Origin: Phoronis australis
Lineage: Eukaryota; Animalia; Phoronida
Assembly: GCA_002633005.1 (NCBI GenBank)
Contig: NMRA01000109.1
Location: forward strand, 718,624-782,623
Direction: 5' to 3'
DNA length: 64,000 bases
The first letter of the stretch is position 1. The number at the start of each line of letters is the position of its first letter. Positions 51,867-64,000 of the stretch are shown here, piece by piece. The notes beneath the pieces were generated by a model. It ran no database searches. It had not been told where the DNA came from and saw only the letters and a list, made by a program, of their open reading frames with translations. The position numbers were made by a program, and so were the translations under genes.

Positions 51867-54781
51867 GTAAGATGTTTGCCATTTTGGTTCCATCAAACTT
51901 GTTGCTTAGCTATGTAAGAGTAGTTGTTACTTTTCTCGGAGGGGGGTTAGGACTTCACAGTTCTTGTCATTGTTGTTATAATTTGTAGTTACATCATTGA
52001 TCCAGGGTACATGGTATTTAGATATGTAGTTTACAATTATACAAAATAGTGTGACGGGCCTCAAATTTGAACACAAACTAAAAGAAGTTGCAATTTTTAA
52101 AGGGGGCATTATCGTTTTTGGGATTACTGTTTGATGGGATGGACTGCTTGAAGATTGCTTTGACCAGAGTTGTTATGAATCACCAATTCTCGTTGGTGTC
52201 TGCCAGACCTTTGCTGGAATCAGGACTCAGGTGACTTAAAGTTCACCTAAGATGGTCTACTTTTTATTGATTGTGGCCTAGCTCCAACAGCAGAGTGTTA
52301 CTACTCTATGATTGTGGGGGTTACAGGTTGGATTCTGGTCAGAAAAAGGTCTTAAAACACCAGTAATACCTTTGAGAGCATAACTCCATTAATTCATGAC
52401 CAAGGCCATTTTCTCCATTTGCTGGCTATGTTAAAGGGAGGTGATCAGTTTTAGGGTTATTGTTCAATAGAGTTCTTCATGTTCATAGCTTTAACAAGGG
52501 CTATAAAACAACAAAATACATTGTTTTTTATTTCAGTACAGTCACTGTTGGATGTTATTCATTGGTTGAAATCCAGGCCAATTACTTAATTCCATTAAAT
52601 ATGCTTTAATCCACAGCAAGGCATATGTGTGTTTCTAGAAACAAGTCAGTAAATGACAACTTTTAGACTAGTCCAACTACCACTGTGACCCCTATTGTGT
52701 CAATTCTATTTTCTTTGTTTGCCTCTTAGATCAGAGTTCTTTGACAGACTTTCATGAAACTTAGTAATAATGGAAAACTCCTAAAAAGCACAGAAGTCTT
52801 TCTTTGCTGATGCATCATAGGCAATAGCGCCATCCATTCTAACTGGGAGAAAAGAACTATACTTTCAGGACTTAAGAGTCTGATGTTGGATCTCTCTTTT
52901 TCAACATTATGTCCCCTGTAGCTTGTCTATATTTGGATCAGACAGCATTTACTGCTTGACAATAGCTAGCACAATGAGTCAAATCGAAATTGAGCAAATT
53001 AATTCTTGAGTCACAGTTTGATCCTCTCCCTGCCTGAAACCTTCCCCCTAATTTGGGGAGTTGCTGTATTATTCCCTGCAGCTTCAGCTTCAGTGATGCT
53101 CTCACGCATAGCCTTGATAACTGACCATCCTGAGATTGAAGGTGACAGATCAGTGATTATCAGATGTCTTCCCAGAACATTTGAAAATTACCATCAGATT
53201 AAGAGATTGTCTGCATTCCGAACCTGTAAGAAACCTGTTCTAACAACACCTAAATTATGTAAAATTTGTTGCCAGCTAGAAGCATCAAAGGAAATGCTGT
53301 GATAATTTGCACTAAAGGTGTCTAGGAGCTGGCTCTTAGGGTCATGTGAAAATGTACCTTGCATTATGCAACTGCTGCCTGGCTGTACCTAGTACAACTT
53401 CTAGACAGAAATGGTGACTTACACACACTGTATTACAGGTCATTTGAGAGCACAAGTTATGAAAAAGAAAGTCGCACATTTTGCTCATGTTGCATAGTTT
53501 GTAAACACACATCCGTTTTTTCATTATTTCCAAAAATTTGTTTTAGTGAGTTTCACTTGTTTTTGAAGTTTGCATGTCAGACATGTCAGCACTTTTTAGT
53601 TGAGTGACCTGCAGGCAAAAGCAAGCAAATGTGCTAGTGTTATGTTGTTTAGTCTGAGACATTTATGATGCTGAATGATTGTGATTTGACTAACTCTGTA
53701 TCAACATAATACTGTCTGCTTTGTAATCTGCTCTGGACACCTGTGATTAAGGAAGTCTGCTTATGTAAAGCTTTTCTGTGTTAAAATCTCACTGGTTTGT
53801 TTACTTTGCCAGAGTCAAAATGAAACTTACATTGGCTGAGGCCACAAAGATTTTAAACAGGAAATACCTTACTTTGATCAATTAACAAGAGGCTCTGAAA
53901 AGCACTCTTGGTGACCCTCCTTGACTTTGGTGAAAATTTTTAGCAGATTTACATAAATAACTTCCAAAGGTAAGTGTGACTGTTGATGTGACCAAGGAGG
54001 GTTGTCATTAAGATTACTATTGTTTTATTGTGCTTCTTTTAAAATGAGTTCACCCTTGTCATATTTAGCATGATTCTAAAAAAATAAGTTAATAACTGCT
54101 GGTGGAAATACAAGTATTGGAGTTACACTTTTAAATTGAATTGAATATTTTCTAGAAAAAATTATGCACTGTGCTAATAATGCTTTTCACTTAAAATGAC
54201 ACATTTTCTAGAGAAATGGGTGTGTGTGGTCCAGTAAATGTTTAGGTCAGGGTTACCTCAGTCTGTCTCTACAGGTGTTCATGCAGTGTTATAATCTTGA
54301 AAACTGGTGCCGATAATTGTCAGGATACTTAAGCTCACTCATTAGGTTGAGTTGATTATGTTATGCGACTTATTTATGGAACTAGCATAAGTGAGTGATT
54401 TTGAAACCTAAAATTATTTGCAAAACATAATTTTAAGACCCATTTAAGTTGAGTTATTTATAGATCATACTTTTTAAAAACTCAATTTGTTACAGTACTT
54501 TTGTATGGAAAATAGTTGTTGCTTTAACATCATTATGGAACTTGACTATGACTTTCAGAGTAATGAAAAAGTGATTCAAAGTTATTGTCTTATAAAGCAA
54601 TGAAAATGAAAGATTACTAAATCAATATAAAGTCAACCTCAATTATCCATTTCGTATCGTTTTATTACAAAGTAATGGGTGACCTAACTTAAATAAGTAG
54701 CTGAACAATGAATTATTTACCAAATAATTTTGTAACCCTTGGTATGTATATAGCCTATGCTGGAAACAGACAAATTTCTAT

Positions 54782-55287
54782 AGGCCCTTTCATATTGACT
54801 TAACTCCGGTCTGAGGGGAGCGTCGACGTAAACAGCGCAGTTAACTGGACCGTTCATACTGGCTTCGGTAGTTAATGACCATCGAAGTAAAGGGTTGGTG
54901 ACGCTGACGTCATCGAAGTTATCGCAAGGTAGCGCTGCACGCTAAGATTTTTTTCAATGTGACAATTTGGAACATTTAAATGTGCTAAATGACAGTAAAT
55001 TCATTTTTAAATCGATTGGTTATCATTAAAGCAAAAAATAAGTAGTTATTAGTGACGGCACTACTCTGTAACTGTTGACGATAACAGTGGCACCTGGCGA
55101 TAACTTCGATTGGACCGGAGTTAAGCGTTCATACTGCACCGCAGCGTCGACGCTGCGGTCTTAAATCCACCTATTAACTGCGATGTTAACTGGAGCTCTT
55201 AACTGCGATCCAGGACCGGAGTTAAGCGTTCATACTGACCGCAACTCCCCAAACCATCGAGGCGTCGACGTTAGCATGAAAGGCCCT
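54782..55287. mobile_element. PIF/Harbinger-like MITE, 506 bp, in intron 2
   Basis: Termini AGGCCCTTTCATATTGAC vs revcomp AGGGCCTTTCATGCTAAC, with a 3-bp direct repeat TAT on both sides. Internal repeats GTTCATACTG, GACCGGAGTTAA and GCGTCGACG. Confidence 0.75.
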
Positions 55288-56516
55288 TATCACTGCCTGA
55301 CTGTGTTGGATACACAAATCACTGTTGAGACATGGAAATAATTGGCCTGGTCTCTCAACCAGTTCCTGCAATGTAAACAGCACTTTAAGAGAATAAACAA
55401 AACCTGGTCTGAGACTCTCCACTTGGAAGTTATTTTTATGTTCTTCAACTATGGAAGTATTTATGTTTCCTCCTAAGCCACTCCCAAAGGAAAGTTTGAA
55501 AGCAGACATTGTAAAAATTAGACATTCAGTTTCATCTAGTGTTACAAAAAAGTTGGTCTTGAAATAGGGATTTTTGTGTTCTAACCATTTTTATAGATGC
55601 CCACTGTCTTGCTTTTTGTGGAGATGTCGTGTTTTTTGAAGCTTTGTCAGCAGCATCGCAATGTTCAGCTATTTGACATTCACGACAATATTTGCCTACT
55701 GATGCCTGGTCGCATGTCTACACTGTATACCCCTATTTCCCCAGTCACAACCAAGACTACAAAAAAAAGAAAAAGAAAAAAAACAATAGCATTCTGTTTT
55801 TAAGTATTTAGTCAGACATTTCCCCTTGCCACGTCCTAGATCCAGATGTCTTGCTATTTCATGTTGCTATTTCATGTTGGCAACTGGGCATTTTAAAGTC
55901 TTGGGTATTGTTAGGTTGGTACATTCTGAAATGGAAATAAAGAAAGAGTGGAAAGCTGGGTACATTCTGCATAAGTTAATATTGTTGGTAAATTGGCTCT
56001 AGTCTATAATAGTGTTCAACACACCTGGATGTTTGAGAAAGACCTTTTGCCTTCAACTTTTTAAAGGGTTTCTCTCGAAAAATAACCTTTGATTAAAAAT
56101 ACGTACCTTTATAATACTCATCACTGTTTGTCCTTCACTGAGTTGAAAAGTGAAGTTTGGGCTCTGAATGAACTATCAGTTTGTTGTTGCTTGAGGCCCT
56201 GATATATACTCTGTCTAAGGTGTTGAGTCTGGCCTCATGTGGTAACAAACTGTCAGTTTTTCTGGAGCCCAGAAATTCTAGTCTGAGTAAGGAAAACTTT
56301 GGACATGTCATGTTTCCTAATAGTAACTGTTCTAAATGTCTGAACCAAATGTTAGTTGTTTTGTAGAGGGAAGATTTATTGTAGTTTAAAGAATATGCAT
56401 GTCTAATGAAAGCATTTAGAGTTGGCATGCTACCTGAAGGATGGTTACCTGCCAAAATTTAATCAAACTTTATTGTTTTGCTGACACAATGCTGACATGC
56501 TAATTTGGAATTTCAG

Positions 56517-56744
56517 GTGGAAACTCACTGGAAAACCAGGAATTTCGTCTGAACTGGGCGTGGGTCTCATTCGATACGCCTGCCATCTCCGTGAACGAGT
56601 CCGACGAACACCTAGTGCTGACTCTCAACAGGCAAGGCTTTCTTGGAGAGACATCATTCGTTGGCATCAAGGTCATAAATGGGACAGCCAAACTTGGGCT
56701 GGACATGGGTCTGCACTATGCACACCAGGTGCAGTTCAATCCCG
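56517..56744 (+). CDS. FREM2: FREM2-like exon 3 (228 nt, first part of Calx-beta 1)
   Basis: tttcag|...CCC G|gtgagt; encodes (G)GNSLENQEFRLNWAWVSFD...RQGFLGETSFV...QVQFNP. This frame is absent from the ORF track. Confidence 0.93.
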
Positions 56745-57761
56745 GTGAGTGGAATTAACATTATAATCAAGAGTCAAGTGTACTTCAATGTGCATTGAGG
56801 TACCTTGGACATCTGGCTCATAAGCTGTGGACAAGCCAGTGCTCTTCAATTGTAACTTCTGACAGTAAGCGTGTGCCGTGTATTCAGCAAATGAAATATA
56901 TTTACCTTTCTAGTACCCCGAATATAAGCCAGGGCGTACTTTCGAAAAGTGGACCCTATGGACGAGAAACATCAGTGTTCAAGCTACCAATGGTATCTTC
57001 TGTCAAAAATCAACTTGATTAAGGCCACTTGCCGTTATCAAGTTGGTGTCATTTTGTTTTTTACTCAGATTAAAAATGATTCCTACGCTTGAGAACTGAC
57101 AGGCTCCTGTTTCTTCGACCAAATGGCTTAGTTTCAGTCTCCAAGGCTATACACCTGTTTAGGAAGGGATTTCAAAACAAAGGATAAGAATGCTGTGATG
57201 ATGCTTTGGAAGGGCAAATACGCATTGGAAAAAAATGGATACTTTTTTCTAGTACATGGTTTATTCATGTAGCTTTAGTTTATTTTCTAGATAAGCTAAA
57301 CACATGCTGAAGTGAATGGTACTTCCTGTTTCTCGCAAAGCCTTTTTTGTCAATCTCTGGCACTTCTCATTTTCAAAAATCTTCCAAGTTTTAATTGTGG
57401 GCCTACATTCTGAAAATTTTCCATATCTAGGGCATGAAGACTCTTTCTGCCAACGCTGCTGTCAAGCCTCACTGTCAGTCTACTTCGCTTATCAAAATGT
57501 TGCCATGTAATTGGTCACTTATTTGGCATACAAAATAGCTGGAACATGGAGTGCATTCTGTGAAAACTTTAATTGAAAATTACCATGATCTGAACAACAG
57601 TTGGAACAGCACTTGGAAGGTACATAGCCACTGAAAATTGAAAATAAACAACAATTTTTGCATGTTTTTGCAAAATATCTAGGAAAATTATAGCACTAGC
57701 TGCCAAAAATGTCTACACACCTATTGAATAAAATAATGAGCTGATGATATTTCTGTTACAG

Positions 57762-57911
57762 GCGAACGTAGTAAAGCTTGGCGTCTACCACTTATCCAAG
57801 ACCTCGTGTATGAAAATCAAGAGACCTTCACCTTGCAGCTGGAGAATCCTGTCTTGGCCCTGATTGGACAACCGTCAGTTGCCACTGTGACCATTTTGGA
57901 CCAAGATGATG
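57762..57911 (+). CDS. FREM2: FREM2-like exon 4 (150 nt, end of Calx-beta 1)
   Basis: ttacag|...GAT GAT G|gtaagt; encodes (G)ERSKAWRLPLIQDLVYENQETFTLQLENPVLALIGQPSVATVTILDQDD. Confidence 0.93.
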
Positions 57912-58218
57912 GTAAGTTGGACTACTAAAGGGTTTTAGGGCTTAATGGACACTGCCCTTGGAAATCGTGGTTGAGCTTTGCTTGCGTCACCCTAAATCTT
58001 GAAATAAAAATAGAAAATGCTACCAGCATTTCGTTTTCAAGGCTTAGCTTATATTTCCTTTGGAAAGTTGTGGTTAAGCTTAGATTTTCCATGTGCAGGA
58101 AACTGAATGACAGCTCAAACTTCCTCGTCTAAGAAACCGATGGAGTTGGCATTTCTACAGGTTGGACTACACCCAGTGGTCAGGATTTTAAATAATTCAA
58201 TTTTGTCCATTCTTTCAG

Positions 58219-58344
58219 AATCTGTCGTCTTCTTCCCAGAGAAGAAGTACATTATTGAAGAAAACGCAGGTGAAGTGTTGATCCCCGTCCGTCGTACGGG
58301 TGACTTGTCGGGTGAACTCATGGTCATATGTTCCACTGTTGAAG
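58219..58344 (+). CDS. FREM2: FREM2-like exon 5 (126 nt, start of Calx-beta 2)
   Basis: ctttcag|...GAA G|gtagga; encodes (E)SVVFFPEKKYIIEENAGEVLIPVRRTGDLSGELMVICSTVE. Confidence 0.93.
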
Positions 58345-59831
58345 GTAGGACATGGCTAACCTTGCACTTCTAGTGGCAAACTTAACTGAGTGGCAAGCCA
58401 CCATTTTATTCAAATAGCATATGATTGTGCTTTATTCAGTTCTACTACAAATTAACCTGAAATTATTTGCTATGTTTTTTCACGCTGAAGCAATCAGGTG
58501 CAAAAAAGTTACTGGAGGTATCACTTGATCTGCCTACATTTGATTAAATAGTGATTTTGTACATTGTTAAAGCGTTGCTAGGACTATATGGATAATACAC
58601 CAACAATAATGTAAATCCATTGAAGGGTGGATCTAAAGACACTCACTATGACATTGTCCTTGTGAAAAAATGTTGCCTTCTTCAAATTTGATCAAATCAA
58701 TCTTGAAGTAGGGACACAAATTATTACAGCTTAATCGCATAAAATACAAAATATTAAATATCTCTCATGAAAACCCCTTGAATGGGTGAAAGTCATTCAC
58801 TTGATACCTCATTAATATCACACTGTCACACATTGCGTTACTATTGTTCAACAATGCATTAATTTTCATGATCATAATGCTTTAGTCATTACAATGAATT
58901 TTAAAGATATTTATCAATGTTTTCTCTACATTTCCAACTACTGAGTTCCAGTGGACTCTCCCTCCAAAATTTTAGGGTGTGTTATAATTTCTTGGGGTTC
59001 ATGAAAACAGTGCAAATATCATTACTTTAGCCCAGAGGTGCACACACAATGTATATTGACGAAATGAGGCTAAGATGCAAAGCATTTGTTTCTGGTTTGT
59101 ACCCTGACTCATTTCGAGATTGGCACCCATTCGCATCATTTTCAGCCTAGGTCACGTAAGCAAGAGTCAACAAGGTTTGAAATGCTGTGATTTGCCAAGT
59201 GATGACTGGAAAAAATTCCTCATCATTTTTGCTCATCTCAGATGAATTTTCTTTTGTGAAAGCAACGAGTAACTGAACGAATATTGCACCTTCAGCTCAA
59301 TTTTCTAATAAAATACAGTCTGGGATTTTTTGCCTAACCTTATGTTTCACCTCTATCAATGGAAGTATGGGAAGATAACCAAGAAGTGAATTTGATGATT
59401 TTTAATTCTTTGGTATTGTTTCTTACAATTTGTGAAAACTGCGTCCAAGGTGTTGTACCAATAAATTCTCTCTATGTTTACTGTTGCGTAATTTGTGGCA
59501 AATGACGCAGATACAAAACATCATGGGAACAAAACTATGAAAGCCAGGCTCATGTGGTAATGATACATGAACAAAATTCAAACCATTCTTGGAGCTAAAA
59601 TCAAAGAATATTATAGATGGCATTCGATGATAACCCACCATCTTGTTCACTGTGTTCGTCAACTGCACACCACCTGGTGTCAACAAACGAAGTGAATAAG
59701 AACAAGATGGCAGGTTGTCATGGAAAGACTTTCTATAGTATCCTTTGATGTTAGCTGTAAAAGTGGTTCTTGTTCCTATGCATTACACTAAATCAAATAA
59801 ACTAACGGTTATTATTATTACAACACTTCAG

Positions 59832-60080
59832 ACACTGCCAAAGGGACTGTTCCCAAAACAGTAACCTCATTTTCTGACTACATCTCTCGGCCGCCTGACT
59901 TCAACAGTATTGTACGATTTGGTGTCGGTGAGGCTGAGAAACTCTGCTCTGTCAAGATTATAGACGATGCTCTCTATGAAGATGAAGAACAGTTCTACGT
60001 CGTCCTCACTAGTCCCATGGGTGGACGTATTGGAGAGGTTGACAAAGCAGCTGTTGTAATTCCACCTCATGCCCTCGACG
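59832..60080 (+). CDS. FREM2: FREM2-like exon 6 (249 nt, end of Calx-beta 2)
   Basis: cttcag|...GAC G|gtgggt; encodes (D)TAKGTVPKTVTSFSDYISRP...IIDDALYEDEEQFYVVLTSPMGGRIG...ALD. Confidence 0.92.
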
Positions 60081-60843
60081 GTGGGTAACTATTGTGGCTG
60101 TGACTGTCGTTTCGTGATACCTTTTTTTGCGGTTTCTCATGATATAACCATGCGTAATTGATTGCAGGATAGCGTAATAGTCACATGGGTTCTGCATTTT
60201 GAGAATCAGTTTTCTCCACTGAATAACAGGCGTCAAACTGGTTCTCTAAATCTTGGACCCAATGAGTGTCTATTGCCCAGGTTAGACAGCTCTTTTAAGT
60301 ATGCACAGGAACAGTTGTCTCTGTGTTGGTGTTGTGTACCAAAAGATATTGTGTTGTTAATTTGGAATGAAACGAGTGTAGTCATGTAAATCTAGATACA
60401 TTGTTCATATTAAACTCTTATAGTGATCTTTGGTATGTGCATTTACCAAGATTTCCTACTGCATTGTCTTAAGCAAAACATTTAGCCATTTGTGAGTTGA
60501 GGATTTTGAGTCACATGTATTGGTAAAAAGCTGAAAATAAGAATGAAAGACTCGTAAGGCTCTAAAGGTAACTGTAAAATGGAACAAAAGCTAACAAATG
60601 TCACTCAGAACACTTAGAACACATGAATTAGGTTTATCAATCAACTGTCGAGCAAAAACGCTGAATACAAAAAAATGCTGATGTATTAGTAATGCCATCT
60701 TTTGAGAGATTGTTTCAACTCCACTGTGTCCAATTAGTTCATAAAGATTACAAAAAAATTTGTTGAAAAACAGAAGATGGAACGTATCGGTTGGAAGTGT
60801 TTTTAAATGTTTTGTGCTTAAACGCTCTTGTACTTGTGCTTGA

Positions 60844-60931
60844 GTGGATTTGTGATAGATGCCATGTGAACAGACTGGTGCTGAAATGTGGAGTTGTGAT
60901 AGATGCCATGTGAACAGACTGGTGCTGAAAT
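60844..60931. repeat. 44-bp tandem duplication
   Basis: GTGGA(T/G)TTGTGATAGATGCCATGTGAACAGACTGGTGCTGAAAT occurs twice. Confidence 0.9.
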
Positions 60932-61462
60932 TGTCATCAGAATGCAGGGATTCTTTGTGTTGTTTGAGTAATATCAAAAAATGAAATTCCTATGTTATAA
61001 TAGTTTAATATCTGTTTAAATGTTTGCTCTTCAGGTCTTTCCTTCCTGATTTCTCTCCAAAATTGTTGATTTCTATTTTGAGCTTGGAATTAAAAATATT
61101 TAAAGTTCCATGCAACGTAATTATTGAAAACCATTTTTGGTTGACGTTTTGGGGTGGAACCTTTGTTTTTGTTGTTTAAAACCGCATGCCAGCTTTCCTA
61201 ACTAAACACGATAAAATTGTGCTTCAATGCAAGATTCACTGTCACTGTCTTGAATTATTTTGGTTTCAAGTTTGCAATTTTTGAGTAGACCTTAGTTGTA
61301 CTAATCATGTTTTGTATTTTTTGTTTTTCTCCAATAAATGTTTCAAAGTGTTTTATAAATTTAAACTCATTCTATCAAAATATTGACATGAAGTGAGTAT
61401 ACTATTTAGTTGCATTTCAGTTTTGTTTAGGATTTAACGAAGTTTTGTGTTTTTTGTTTCAG

Positions 61463-61612
61463 AGCCAGCCTTTTTCTTCGACAAACCCGAGTACGTTATT
61501 GACGAGAGTGGAGGTTACCTGGAAGTGAATGTATGGAGAACGGGCTCGGACATCTCCATGGAGTCCAGCGTTGCTGTGCGCACTCGTAGGACAGAGCCGG
61601 CCTCTGCCGCAG
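61463..61612 (+). CDS. FREM2: FREM2-like exon 7 (150 nt, start of Calx-beta 3)
   Basis: gtttcag|...GCA G|gtatgt; encodes (E)PAFFFDKPEYVIDESGGYLEVNVWRTGSDISMESSVAVRTRRTEPASAA. Confidence 0.93.
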
Positions 61613-63192
61613 GTATGTTACCCATCTCATGTTATGAGAAACGATTTTTTATGAAATGGTTCAGCTGGTTACAGTGCAGCACGTCATTTTGGTTCGTTGA
61701 TTTGTAAAATTTAAAAATTCAACTTTTGTTTTATTTTACATTTTCTATAAAATTTCTTGATTGTCAGGTTTTCAACCTGCCTATGTGGGTTTGAAAAGAG
61801 CTTTACCTTCACCTGTAAAATTAATTTTTCAAATTACAATCTATGATAATAAATTATTTCAACGTACAAAATAAGTGATAGACAACAGCTGCTAATAAAG
61901 ATACAAAATACCCGAACCCTCTCGTAGGATGCCTGCAGCGGACATCTCCTAGAGCCTCCTCATTGGTTAAAATGTTGCACTTTATGCCCTGTTCCTCAAT
62001 GGTGAATGGTAAAGTTAAATATTTTATCCAATTTTGTGTTTTATTTGGAGAAAATGCTCATTTTGGTCTCCCCTTTTCTGTGTCAGCTCAATGGATGAGG
62101 TAAGCATTGATCACTAGCTGTGTGAGCTTGCTCTTGGTGTCGTTTTTTTCTCTTATTTTTGTTGGTTTGTCTTTGTTTGCTTCTATTTTTGGAATTTATT
62201 TGATTGACGTCTCTCATCGAAAAGACAAGTTTTGCATATAGTTATTCAGCTTTTCATAACTAGTTATTTGCATTAGTTATACATTTTTCATGATGCCCAA
62301 GCGGTGCCATCTTTGAAAAACATTTGTCTGATTCATGTTCAGGGGAGAAACCTTTGCTTTGGTTTTTCAGTACCATGAGTTAGTGTTTCTAGTTACACAT
62401 AATGAAGTCATGGACTGAGTGGAGTTGATTCATTGCTTTGACGGAAACTTGATTTATATCAGTTTGATCTAGTTAGTGCTGTGCCGGACTTAAAGGGAAA
62501 GAGCGACCATTTTTGATGTAACCTTTAGTAAAAGTACAGATCCCTGGTTATGTTGTAGAGACTTTTGTGTCCGTTATTGTTCCGTTGGAACAATAGAAGG
62601 TGACGTGAACAGACCGGCGAAGGGCTGTTTTCTTGGTTCTACATTCACTTCCATTTTGGGAAAGGATAACGTGCATATCTGGGAGTAGGGCATTTTGTTT
62701 CCACTATGTACATGAACGCAGAACCAAGATGCAGGCCCTTTGTCACACCGCTGATGTCACTTTGTAGCTTTTCATAGGTATCACATACTCACTAAAGGAA
62801 CAGTAAATAACACTGAAAATTGTTTTTCCAACATAACTAAGGATTAGTGTTCTTACTACTAAACACACTATCAAAAACAATTGTTTGCCCTTAAAAGCAT
62901 GTGTATTTTCCGTCCAATGTGTATACGGGCAAATTGAAGCAAACGCCATCAGACTTGAAGAAAGCAGTCACCAGGCCAAAAGCTGATTATTTTCAAAAGA
63001 TGTTTCATAGTAGAGCTAACTAATTTATTTACCTTATACATTTACTGGTGTCACTGCCAAAAAGAGGTCTTTAAGTATGGTGGTGGGTGTGTCTTTGTTT
63101 CACAAACCCTGGCAAACTCTGTTGACAGTTGTGTAACATACTCACTCTTCCAGTCAAGATATTATGCTAACCTTTACTTTCTCCATTTTCAG

Positions 63193-63402
63193 CCGGACTG
63201 GATTACAGCGCCATCAACAAGATGGTGGAGTTTAACCCGTGGGAGAATATGAAGACGGTACGCATCACCATCCTGGATGACCTCGGACAACCCCGCGTTG
63301 AGGGCGAGGAGTTATTCCAACTGGTGCTACGCATGCCCAGCAAGGGAATTATGGGAGAACCCAGCAAGGCTGTTGTTACCATCAACGATACCATGAGTGA
63401 CT
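63193..63402 (+). CDS. FREM2: FREM2-like exon 8 (210 nt, end of Calx-beta 3); gene continues beyond the window
   Basis: ttttcag|...GAC T|gtatgt; encodes (A)GLDYSAINKMVEFNPWENMKTVRITILDDLGQPRVEGEELFQLVLRMP...INDTMSD. Confidence 0.92.
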
Positions 63403-64000
63403 GTATGTTGTCTGGGAGTTTTATGTATTTTGATTCATTATAAAACACGATTGTGAACGCAGTAGATTACTTCAGTGTATGCTCTAGTCATAACATTGAC
63501 CTGCATGGCTGCTTAATTGCATAAAATCATTGACACCATATGTTTTTGTTGAAGGGTCCTGCGATTCTCACTTTCTTTTTCATAAGGGTCATATAAAAAG
63601 GATTAAGGAAATTTGTACCCTTAAAGTAAGTGAATCTCATTGTATTTCACTGAGATACCACTAAGAATGTAACTAATTAATGTGCCTTTCCAACTATTTT
63701 GAAAAAAAATTCACTATAGTGAGAATACAATCATATTCCAGTGAGAATGCTGTGAGAATCCAGTTTGCATAGCATTAGTTCCCACTGCGCAAGAATCTGT
63801 CTTTGCGCATGGCTATTCTTCCTGAAAATCACATTCAGTGAGCTTATCACTGAGTGAGATATGTGAACTTTTTTCTTTGTGCATTTAGCCAATGAAATCA
63901 GTTGAGTGTTCAATGTGTAACATCATCTTTGTCTATGAGAAAATTAGGTTTTGTGCAACACAGTCCTATAATGCTTTGAGTCAACTATAATTATACTGCA

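Noticed and set aside
52272-52345. tRNA-like A/B box spacing (TGGCCTAGC ... GGTTGGATTC)
   Set aside because: No cloverleaf can be formed. At most it is a decayed SINE head, too weak to call.
56497-56748. ORF-track 83-aa peptide over exon 3
   Set aside because: Wrong frame. The spliced frame gives the conserved FRLNWAW/Calx-beta sequence.

Overview
AT-rich animal (invertebrate-like) genomic DNA, not prokaryotic. The window holds the 5' part of one + strand gene, a FREM2/ECM3-type (FRAS1-related) extracellular matrix protein. It has a ~5-kb first coding exon (signal peptide, Frem N-terminal domain, 11.7 of 12 CSPG/NG2 repeats), a 39.4-kb first intron, and seven small exons (90-249 nt) that finish CSPG12 and encode three Calx-beta domains. 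The gene runs off the right edge. All splice junctions are GT-AG, phase 1, and join into one open frame of ~2059 codons. The rest is intergenic or intronic sequence rich in non-autonomous DNA transposons (P-like foldback, hAT, Tc/mariner, Harbinger-like, Helentron-associated), tandem repeats and a probable haplotype-duplication artefact at an N. No transposase ORF, RNA gene or CRISPR array was recognised. The best leads are three: a 688-bp near-perfect palindromic element with an 8-bp TSD that appears to sit inside a putative antisense exon; Helentron-type elements carrying CTCF-like motifs at ~150-bp spacing; and a triple nested insertion. I did not find evidence sufficient to claim a new biological system. 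Element family assignments rest on terminal motifs and TSDs only.
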